64,000 nt of DNA from Rickettsiales bacterium. Lineage in GTDB: Bacteria; Pseudomonadota; Alphaproteobacteria; Rs-D84. Location: contig JAISHM010000019.1 of the NCBI GenBank assembly GCA_031262525.1, positions 6,489 to 70,488 of the forward strand, read 5' to 3'. Position numbers and translations under genes: made by a program. The stretch's first letter is position 1. Every line of letters begins with the position of its first letter. Under the pieces are notes generated by a model. It was not told the DNA's origin. It was given only the letters and a program-made list of their open reading frames with translations, and did no database searches. Positions 45,051-52,918 of the stretch are shown in pieces.

Positions 45051-45953
45051 ATGTTTGGGCGCACTTTTGCGATTGCAGAAATTTTATTGCGGGGGCATAT
45101 AGGCAATCCTTTTTGGTGGCCGCGTATGCGTCGTCGTGCGTATCGTCGCGACATAACGGCAATTGTAATCCCAGAATATATGAAAAAATATGTTCCACAG
45201 AATGGCACAATCCCAGTGTTGCAGACAATAAAAAATAAAGACGAAAAGATATTTTCAATATGGCAACAGGGGGTTGAAAATGCTCCGCCGATTGTGCGTG
45301 CATGCTTTGATTCTATGCAACGCAATTGCAATCAGGAATTGTTGGTTTTGACAGACAAAACATTGTCTGATTATATAGATTTACCGGGTGTTATTATGGA
45401 CAAGCGGAAACAAGGGAAAATAGGGAATGCTCATTTTTCTGATATTTGCAGGGTAGAATTGCTGTATAATTATGGTGGGATATGGATGGACGGGACAAAT
45501 TTTGCGACGGGTCCTGTGCCAACAGATATTATGAATTTGGACTTTTTTGTTTATATGGCCGATGATTCCGGTAGTCGTTATTCTTTTATACAAAATTGTT
45601 TTATTCGGGCGCGAAAAAATTCATATTTACTGGCGGCGTGGCGCGAAATGATATTGGAATTTTGGAAAAACGAGCCACGGGAATTTGACTATTTTATGCA
45701 CCAGTTAATGTTCAAATCATTGGTAAAATATGACGCGGAAGCGAAAAAATTGTTTAATAATATGCCGCATATAATGCAAGAACCTACACACAGATTATGG
45801 GCGAAATACGCGGGAAAACCTTTTGACGCAGATGAGTTTACAAAAATCACGGGGGACGCGTTTTTCCAAAAAGTAACTTATCGTGGAAGAGATGCAACTA
45901 ATCCTGTCCCGGGCAGTTTTTCTGATTACTTGATAAATATGGGGAATAAATAA
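45051..45953 (+). CDS. capsular-polysaccharide-synthesis (Caps_synth-like) glycosyltransferase, paralog 1
   Basis: 'IFSIWQQGVENAPPIVRACFDS' and 'NAHFSDICRVELLYNYGGIWMDGT'. Confidence 0.55.
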   Translation: MFGRTFAIAEILLRGHIGNPFWWPRMRRRAYRRDITAIVIPEYMKKYVPQNGTIPVLQTIKNKDEKIFSIWQQGVENAPPIVRACFDSMQRNCNQELLVLTDKTLSDYIDLPGVIMDKRKQGKIGNAHFSDICRVELLYNYGGIWMDGTNFATGPVPTDIMNLDFFVYMADDSGSRYSFIQNCFIRARKNSYLLAAWREMILEFWKNEPREFDYFMHQLMFKSLVKYDAEAKKLFNNMPHIMQEPTHRLWAKYAGKPFDADEFTKITGDAFFQKVTYRGRDATNPVPGSFSDYLINMGNK

Positions 45954-45955
45954 AA

Positions 45956-46837
45956 ATGAGACGAATGATTGTAAAACTTTATGTGATATTATTTGGGGAT
46001 TTGTTTAATCCATTTTGGAAACCCAGATTACAAAGACGAACCCGACGCTATGATATTATTGAACGTGTTTTTACAAAATATCTAACGCGTTATATTCCAC
46101 AGAATGTCGGTATTCCGCGCGAAAAAAAAACAAAGAATGAATATATTTTTTCAATGTGGTTGCAAGGGGAAAAAAATGCACCACCGATTGTCCATGCTTG
46201 TTGGCGCAGTATCAAACGAAATTCTGGAATGAAACTGATTATCTTGGATGAAAATAATCTGAAAGAATATTTGGAGTTGCCTGATTTTATATTGCGTCGG
46301 CGGGCGCGTGGTCAGATTGGAAACGCGCATTTTGCAGATATTATACGGGTAGAATTATTACGAAAATATGGTGGCGTATGGATGGATTCTACATTATTTA
46401 TGACGGGTCCGATACCAGAACAAATTATGTCGTCTAATTTTTTTATGTTTTTGGCTAATAAAAATAATGCCTGGGGGTATGGTGGGGTCCAGAATTTCTT
46501 TATTCGTGCAAAGAATAATGATTATTTAATAAACGCATGGGGCGAAATGATTCTGTCGTATTGGAAAAATGAAAGCAGGGCAATGGATTATCTGGTACAT
46601 CAGTTAATGTTTAATGCGTTGATTAAAAATGATGCGTGCGCGCGTGATGAGTTTGCAAAAACTCTGCATATAAATCTATCGCCAACGCATACGATATGGC
46701 CGTGTCATCGCGATGCGCCCTTTGACCAGCAGATATTTGAGAGAGCAAAAAAACAAACATTTGTTCAGAAACTATCGTATCATGGGACAGAAAATCCAAT
46801 TCCTGGGTCATTTGCGGATAAAATAAAGGATATGTAA
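45956..46837 (+). CDS. Caps_synth-like glycosyltransferase, paralog 2 (tandem duplicate)
   Basis: Collinear with paralog 1: 'IFSMWLQGEKNAPPIVHACWRS' and 'NAHFADIIRVELLRKYGGVWMDST'. Contains an A9 tract at 46122-46130. Confidence 0.55.
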   Translation: MRRMIVKLYVILFGDLFNPFWKPRLQRRTRRYDIIERVFTKYLTRYIPQNVGIPREKKTKNEYIFSMWLQGEKNAPPIVHACWRSIKRNSGMKLIILDENNLKEYLELPDFILRRRARGQIGNAHFADIIRVELLRKYGGVWMDSTLFMTGPIPEQIMSSNFFMFLANKNNAWGYGGVQNFFIRAKNNDYLINAWGEMILSYWKNESRAMDYLVHQLMFNALIKNDACARDEFAKTLHINLSPTHTIWPCHRDAPFDQQIFERAKKQTFVQKLSYHGTENPIPGSFADKIKDM

Positions 46838-46838
46838 A

Positions 46839-47585
46839 ATGCCAAAAGTCTCTGTGATTATTCCTGTTTATAATGCGGAAAAATTTCTACGAAAGTGTTT
46901 AGAATCTGTGTTAAATCAGACTTTTTCAGATATAGAAATTATATGTGTAAATGATGGCAGCACGGATAAATCATTGGAAATTTTGCAATCTTATAAAGAT
47001 AAAAGAATAAAAATTTTGGATAAAAAAAATGCGGGTGTGTCGGCGGCACGGAATGATGGATTGTCGGCGGCAACGGGAGAATATATACATTTTATAGATG
47101 CAGACGATTGGATTGACGATGATTATTATGAAACATTATTAGCGGGCGCAAGAGCGGATATTATTGCCAGTGGTTTTGTATCAAATACAAAATTTACAAA
47201 CGGAATAAAATATACCAGAAATCATATTGTAAAAACTTTGTCATGGAAATTGTGGGTGTCGGGCGCGATGTCTAAATCGTATGTGTGGCGGTATTTGTTT
47301 CGTCGTAAATTTCTGATTAAAAATAAATTAAAATTTCGCACTGATTTAATTTCCCAAGAAGATACATTATTTGTTCTGAATGCAATGGCGTTATCTGATA
47401 AACTGGTTATTCGTCGTGGTGCAAAATATCATTATATAATGAATACGAATTCTGCGCTGAATGCACGCGACCCAGAACATCAAAAAAAGATGGATAAGCA
47501 TTATCAAATCGGCAGAAAGTTCCGCAAAGATTTCGCAAAAAAACACAATGTTTTGTGGGTGTGGGTTTTACGAAAATTTTCGTAA
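46839..47585 (+). CDS. glycosyltransferase family 2
   Basis: 'VSVIIPVYNAEKFLRKCLESVLNQT', 'NDGSTDKS' and 'DADD'. Ends '...LRKFS*'. Confidence 0.8.
   Translation: MPKVSVIIPVYNAEKFLRKCLESVLNQTFSDIEIICVNDGSTDKSLEILQSYKDKRIKILDKKNAGVSAARNDGLSAATGEYIHFIDADDWIDDDYYETLLAGARADIIASGFVSNTKFTNGIKYTRNHIVKTLSWKLWVSGAMSKSYVWRYLFRRKFLIKNKLKFRTDLISQEDTLFVLNAMALSDKLVIRRGAKYHYIMNTNSALNARDPEHQKKMDKHYQIGRKFRKDFAKKHNVLWVWVLRKFS
47568..47585. repeat. 18-bp perfect palindrome TTACGAAAATTTTCGTAA shared by two convergent GT2 genes
   Basis: The sequence is its own reverse complement and encodes LRKFS* in both directions. Confidence 0.95.
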
Positions 47586-48317
47586 ATACCAATCCAATAT
47601 AAATCCGTGTTTCCACGCCCAATTGCGGCGATAGCGACGCGATAATTTCATATTTTTATTTCTGGTCTTTCGCCGTGTTTTGTCGTGCATAATAGAAGAC
47701 TCATTCAGCGCGTAATGATATAAAACATTTGGAACAACCGCTATTTTATTCGCCAAACGAACTAGTTCTAGTGAAAAAAATGCATCCTCCATCGCGCGAA
47801 GCCCTGTTGGAAAAAATAATTTATTTTGTGTTAAAAAATCGCGCCTTGATAAATACCGCCATACATAATTATTCGCAATAACGCGTGTTCCGCGCACACG
47901 CTCGCGCAGAGTTTTTAATGTCATTAGTTTGCTGTAATTTATGCTGTGGTTGTATGAATTTTCGTTATCAAACCCGCTGACCGCTACATCGGCATTTGCC
48001 TTGGTCGCTGATGATAACATTTTTTCATAATAATCATTGTCAATCCAATCATCAGAATCCAAGTAATGAACCCAATCCCCCGTTGCCGCGGCAAATCCGT
48101 TATTTCGCGCATCTGACAATCCCATATTTTTTTGTCGTATGATTTTTATTCGTTTATCTTTTTTTGCATATTTTTTTAATATGTCTATGGATTTGTCGGG
48201 ACTGCCGTCATCAACACAAATAATTTCCAGGTCCCGGTATGTTTGACCCACAACCGAATCCAGGCAACGCACCAAGTATGGTTCGGATTTATAAACAGGT
48301 ATTATAACAGATATCAT
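47568..48317 (-). CDS. glycosyltransferase family 2 (paralog of 46839-47585, inverted)
   Basis: 'ISVIIPVYKSEPYLVRCLDSVVGQT', 'DDGSPDKS' and 'DSDD'. Ends '...LRKFS*'. Confidence 0.8.
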   Translation of the reverse strand: MISVIIPVYKSEPYLVRCLDSVVGQTYRDLEIICVDDGSPDKSIDILKKYAKKDKRIKIIRQKNMGLSDARNNGFAAATGDWVHYLDSDDWIDNDYYEKMLSSATKANADVAVSGFDNENSYNHSINYSKLMTLKTLRERVRGTRVIANNYVWRYLSRRDFLTQNKLFFPTGLRAMEDAFFSLELVRLANKIAVVPNVLYHYALNESSIMHDKTRRKTRNKNMKLSRRYRRNWAWKHGFILDWYLRKFS

Positions 48318-49135
48318 ATTTTTATCCTTTGGAATCGTTTTGGAATTTTGGTTACCAGTTTTAATCCCAGCATAGCAGGCTTGTTCCAGGCATAAACTGG
48401 GCGAAAAATAGTTTGTAAAAATCGTGCGAGTTTTATGTATGATTCACGCCGATGTTTAGAGTTCGTTATCGTCGTAATTGTGCGATAAATTTGTCGCGCC
48501 ATATGTTTTTTCCAAGATTCATCACGATTTTTAATTTTTTCGTGCGTCATATTATAATCTATTGTGCCAAAATGTAATAAATACAGATTTGGGTCAATAT
48601 GAAAATTATGCCCGCGAACCTTGTGAAAGCCGCTACCCCATTTAACCGGTCGTGCCAACACAACTGGTTTTGTATAACGCGTAGAGAGCAGGGCATACCC
48701 GCGTTGTATCAGAAAAGGTTTCTTTTTGTCTAATTCAATTTCGCGATTCATATCTTGTCCGATATCCAGCCCCAGTCCAGAAAGTGAGGTTTTAATATTC
48801 GCATCCGATAGGTATTGTTTTAATGATTTATTGGTTGCTGGGTCAACAACCAAAAATTCATCTGTATCACACCCAATTACAATGTCATAGCCGCGCGAAA
48901 ATAGTTGGCTTGCTAAATCTGATAACAAACCAATACGATATCGGTCGCCCGCCAATCGCTGCATATCTTTATGCGCCAGTTTTTTTATGTGCGCCCCATC
49001 AGGTTCAGATTGGTCCAGTCCGTCCAGATAAACATATAAATTATCATGCCCCAGTTCGCGACCATAATATTCAATCCAACGCCCCAGAAAAAATTCATCA
49101 TTGCGGGACATTGTAATTGCGGCAATACGTTTCAT
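48314..49135 (-). CDS. glycosyltransferase-like protein (GT2/GT92-type, tentative)
   Basis: 'ITMSRNDEFFLGRWIEYYGRELGHDNLYVYLDG' and 'GCDTDEFLV' (DxD-like). Confidence 0.4.
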   Translation of the reverse strand: MKRIAAITMSRNDEFFLGRWIEYYGRELGHDNLYVYLDGLDQSEPDGAHIKKLAHKDMQRLAGDRYRIGLLSDLASQLFSRGYDIVIGCDTDEFLVVDPATNKSLKQYLSDANIKTSLSGLGLDIGQDMNREIELDKKKPFLIQRGYALLSTRYTKPVVLARPVKWGSGFHKVRGHNFHIDPNLYLLHFGTIDYNMTHEKIKNRDESWKKHMARQIYRTITTITNSKHRRESYIKLARFLQTIFRPVYAWNKPAMLGLKLVTKIPKRFQRIKI

Positions 49136-49992
49136 CGCGACATCCTTTTGCTAAGAATATGTTTTATATTTCGCCATAAAATTTTAATAGGATTATAGGT
49201 CAATAGATTGTTGATACATTGTTCGCCAAATTCGCGCTGTGCATTTTTAATAATAGCATCACGCAATTTTGGGTCAATACGATTTAATACATATTTAATT
49301 TGTCCCCCCAGCGCACCATGGTGGCGAATAAAGTTTTGTTTTTTTATAAATGGAAATCCGCGACGGAAAAAATACTTTATCTTGTTATATACCGCATGCC
49401 CAGATACCGTATATACAGATGCAAAACGCGCGCCGTGTTCAATCAGCATACGTGTAAAACCATGTTCGTATAAACTGATTATTTTTCCTTTGCCCATACC
49501 GGGTTGTACCGACATTATCAGGTCGTCAAATTGGTCCGACATAAACACTAGTGGGCGCATACCCAAAAACCAAGATTGTAAATGAGGCTTTTTTTTGTTT
49601 TTATTAAATACAATTCCACTGGCGTCAATTTGTTGATGTTCCAAATTTTCCAATAATGGCAATATCGGGTGCAGTGGCGCATACATAGAATCATTGACCA
49701 AATAAACCCAATCATATTTTTCTAAATCCAGATTTTCACGCGCCCAAACAAACCCGCGTTTATAAGAGCCAAAATCATATTCTGTATGACGATTCGCCCC
49801 AGCATATAAAACATAAGGCGTCAGCTTTTTTAATTCGCTGGGCGGGGTATCGTTGTCCATATAAAACACAACATCGCCCAGTTCCGATAGAGCGCGAATA
49901 TATAATATCTTGGAATCATCTATGACTGCGTCATTATAAGCGTATGCAGCAAATATAAATAGTCGTTTTGTATCAGGTTTAGTGTCTATCAT
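49132..49992 (-). CDS. polysaccharide biosynthesis protein, RgpF (rhamnan synthesis F)-like, tentative
   Basis: 'HTEYDFGSYKRG' and 'WVYLVNDSMYAP'. Contains an A8/T8 tract near 49588-49597. Confidence 0.4.
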   Translation of the reverse strand: MIDTKPDTKRLFIFAAYAYNDAVIDDSKILYIRALSELGDVVFYMDNDTPPSELKKLTPYVLYAGANRHTEYDFGSYKRGFVWARENLDLEKYDWVYLVNDSMYAPLHPILPLLENLEHQQIDASGIVFNKNKKKPHLQSWFLGMRPLVFMSDQFDDLIMSVQPGMGKGKIISLYEHGFTRMLIEHGARFASVYTVSGHAVYNKIKYFFRRGFPFIKKQNFIRHHGALGGQIKYVLNRIDPKLRDAIIKNAQREFGEQCINNLLTYNPIKILWRNIKHILSKRMSR

Positions 49993-50004
49993 TTTATCCC
50001 TTTA

Positions 50005-51312
50005 TTATTTGCATATTGCGGTGTATGGCGGGTTGGATTTTTTCGTGTCAATGCGTCCGCCCAATCCACAATCCAGACAATTAAATCGTCTGTTTTGTGA
50101 ATGCATTGTATCAAAAATAATTTCTGTTGCATTTAATTTTGAGATGTTTTTTTCCACATTATCCAGATATTTTTCATCTGCCGGGAATCCAAAATAAAAT
50201 GCCCGCGCCGCCCCGCTACATTTTTTTCCCCCCGCATAGCACGCAGAATCATTTACTTTCGCAGCATCTGGCACACAAGAAATTTCACAAGTGTCGGGGT
50301 TTGTAATCATCATCTCGCAATCGTTACAAGGGTTCGTGGGGGCCACAGAAACCCCGTCAATAATCACAGAATTATCGCATTTTGTCGCAGGGGTTGAAAC
50401 CAATTGTATCGCCATTGGTGCAATGGGTGCATTACAAACCCATTCCATTGTTGTATAATCTAACATTGCCGCCACCCCATTCGGACAAATTCGCGCCGCC
50501 GTGGTCGTAATGCATTCCCATCGGTCATCAACAACTACCGCCGTTGTGTCCCCCGGACATAGCGGACGCAAGGACGGGTCCATTTCACACATCTCGGTCG
50601 TTGAATTCCAAATCGTATCGCCCATACAAACCGCAGTCGGATTTTTATCCAGGCATTCCCATTTGCCAAAGCGAAATACTTTCTGTTGCGATGATGCACA
50701 GAATATAGTTTTTTCAGATTGTATTGCCGCCGTCCCGATATCGGTATTCGTTTCAACCGCGTATTGTGTAATGTATAATAATTTTCCATCGGTTAAACCC
50801 GCGGCGTTGATAATACTGGTCGGGATTGTTCGCCGATGTCCGTTACCTGATAACAAAGCAAAAGAATTATTCGTTGTTTTTATCAGTATTCCAAAATTAG
50901 GTGACGCGTCATAATCCGTTGTTAAAATTTTTAATATATCATTTGTATATTTTTCATCCGGCATATCCGCAGTTGTTATAATAAAGTTTTGCGCGCTGCG
51001 CCCCGCGCGTTCCGGGGAACATACCGAAATTTGTTTGTTTCCATCAGAGCATAATTTCGCGCTGATTACATTGTATTGTTTTGTGCATGGTTGAGTGTCA
51101 GAATTTATAACCGCATTTTCGGTTATATGACCCGCGCTGTCCAGGGCGGCAGCCTCGTCATGGGTGCGTACCATACAGGACAGGATAGATTTTATATGTG
51201 TGTTTTGTATGGCTGTTTCCAGTTTGTTATCGGTCATTTTTTGGTCTGGGCCATCCAACAGGAAATAACCGCCCATCAGAATAAATACCAAAATCATCAC
51301 AAAGATATTCAT
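50005..51312 (-). CDS. N-terminally anchored Cys-rich hypothetical protein with 'W-E/V-C' repeats
   Basis: TM 'MNIFVMILVFILMGGYFLL'. Repeats 'FGKWECLDKNPTAVC', 'DDRWECITTTAARIC' and 'TMEWVCNAP'. Confidence 0.55.
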   Translation of the reverse strand: MNIFVMILVFILMGGYFLLDGPDQKMTDNKLETAIQNTHIKSILSCMVRTHDEAAALDSAGHITENAVINSDTQPCTKQYNVISAKLCSDGNKQISVCSPERAGRSAQNFIITTADMPDEKYTNDILKILTTDYDASPNFGILIKTTNNSFALLSGNGHRRTIPTSIINAAGLTDGKLLYITQYAVETNTDIGTAAIQSEKTIFCASSQQKVFRFGKWECLDKNPTAVCMGDTIWNSTTEMCEMDPSLRPLCPGDTTAVVVDDRWECITTTAARICPNGVAAMLDYTTMEWVCNAPIAPMAIQLVSTPATKCDNSVIIDGVSVAPTNPCNDCEMMITNPDTCEISCVPDAAKVNDSACYAGGKKCSGAARAFYFGFPADEKYLDNVEKNISKLNATEIIFDTMHSQNRRFNCLDCGLGGRIDTKKSNPPYTAICK

Positions 51313-51413
51313 AAATTTTCTTCCCCTGGTTTTTATATCATAATAGAAAAAATTTGTGTTAGCAATAGTTTTAGAAATATGATAAAATAAAATAAATAAA
51401 GTATGGAAGGGCT

Positions 51414-52532
51414 ATGAAAAAGTCAGGAATTTTTTCGTTTGCGATTGCTATGATTATGGGGCTGGGTGCGGCTGATGCTGCGTATCCGGCATATGGCGCG
51501 CAGACCCAGTATGTTCAGGTTGCGGGTTCATCGCAGTATTCATCGGCGGCAAATCGTTCGGCGGTACCACAAACCTATGCGGGGGCGAGTTCGACCAGTG
51601 TGGCGTCATCAAGTGCGAATCGGGTAACGGGTGCGTTGCCACGGGTCGGAACGGCGTCTACGACGGCGGGGCGTTCTTATTACCAGCCTGCGGATTATGA
51701 TAGATTGGCGGACAGCGGTCTGTATGTTGGTTTGTCGGTGGGTTATATGATGGGTGTGAATGGTGGAATGTTGGCGAATTATCGGGGTGAGTCTGATGGG
51801 TATTTTGCACCTGGGTCATTTGATACTTCGGATTATAAAACGGATACGATTTTGCCTTTGCAGTTGTCAATTGGCGCGGCGATAAACAGCGATGTTCGTG
51901 TTGATTTTTCTTATACTCGGTTCAGTGGGTTATCGTATGCGGATAGTGTAAAGACCAGTAATGGCGCGGAACTGATAGATGTCAGTGCGACTGGTGGCGC
52001 AATTTCCAGCACGGCGACAATGATAAATTTATATTATAATTTGGATTCTTTTACGGGGTATATGGCGGGTGGCTCGCTCAGTCCTTATGTTGGTGTTGGT
52101 TTGGGTATTTCTACGAATACGATTGCGGACTATTTGGTTTATGACCCATCGTTTTATAGTGAAAATGGTATAGTAGAGGGAAATACCTATCCGGCGGGTG
52201 TTTTGACGGCAATTTCGGATATTTATGCATATCATGCAGGCGGCACGACCGAACAATTATCCTATATGATAGAAGGTGGTGTCACAACCGAAATGGAAGG
52301 TGGAATAAAGTTGGACTTTTTTGTGCGGTATTCTGGAATGGGTAAGGTTCAATCGTCGGGTAGTGTTGTTGTGTCCCAGACAGATTGGCTGTCCACGGGT
52401 GGTGCAGCGATTGGTCAAGACGGGGCCGAGGTGCCGTCCGAATTTGACAGCGTGTTCCACTATACAAATTGGTATGAAAGTGGAAAATTATCAACCATAG
52501 ACGCGGGTGTTCGTATGCGAATACAGTTCTAG
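51414..52532 (+). CDS. outer-membrane beta-barrel protein
   Basis: Signal peptide '...GLGAADA'. Ser/Ala/Gly-rich linker, alternating strands, C-terminal '...GVRMRIQF'. Confidence 0.65.
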   Translation: MKKSGIFSFAIAMIMGLGAADAAYPAYGAQTQYVQVAGSSQYSSAANRSAVPQTYAGASSTSVASSSANRVTGALPRVGTASTTAGRSYYQPADYDRLADSGLYVGLSVGYMMGVNGGMLANYRGESDGYFAPGSFDTSDYKTDTILPLQLSIGAAINSDVRVDFSYTRFSGLSYADSVKTSNGAELIDVSATGGAISSTATMINLYYNLDSFTGYMAGGSLSPYVGVGLGISTNTIADYLVYDPSFYSENGIVEGNTYPAGVLTAISDIYAYHAGGTTEQLSYMIEGGVTTEMEGGIKLDFFVRYSGMGKVQSSGSVVVSQTDWLSTGGAAIGQDGAEVPSEFDSVFHYTNWYESGKLSTIDAGVRMRIQF

Positions 52533-52567
52533 TGAATAACGAATAATGGGAAAAATAGGAGAGAGTT

Positions 52568-52918
52568 ATGGCAGAAAGTATAGTTGCTGGTAAAAGTGAG
52601 CTTTTTGCTATACGTATTATAAATCTCTATAAATATCTTTTTGATAAGAAAAAAGAATTTATTTTATCAAAACAAATCTTGCGTTCTGGGACCAGTATTG
52701 GTGCAAATCTGGTTGAAGCTAAGTTTGCTATATCAAAAAAAGATTTTATTTGTAAGTTTCATATTTCAATAAAAGAGTGTTCTGAAACTTTGTATTGGCT
52801 TAGGTTATTAAAAGAAACTGGGTATTTATCACAAAATGAATTTGATAGTATTTATTCTGAATGTGAAGAAATACTTAAAATACTTGTAACATCCATAAAA
52901 ACGGCAAAGAAAAAATGA
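52568..52918 (+). CDS. four-helix-bundle protein (23S rRNA intervening-sequence protein / Avd family)
   Basis: 'QILRSGTSIGANLVEA', 'SKKDFICKFHISIKECSETLYWLRLL'. Visibly more AT-rich than its flanks. Confidence 0.8.
   Translation: MAESIVAGKSELFAIRIINLYKYLFDKKKEFILSKQILRSGTSIGANLVEAKFAISKKDFICKFHISIKECSETLYWLRLLKETGYLSQNEFDSIYSECEEILKILVTSIKTAKKK

Noticed and set aside
52568-52918. Diversity-generating retroelement (Avd-like protein as marker)
   Set aside because: No reverse transcriptase (no YxDD-type ORF) lies anywhere nearby. I could not spot a template/variable repeat pair with A-specific mismatches by eye. A computational TR/VR search of the full genome would be needed to exclude it fully.
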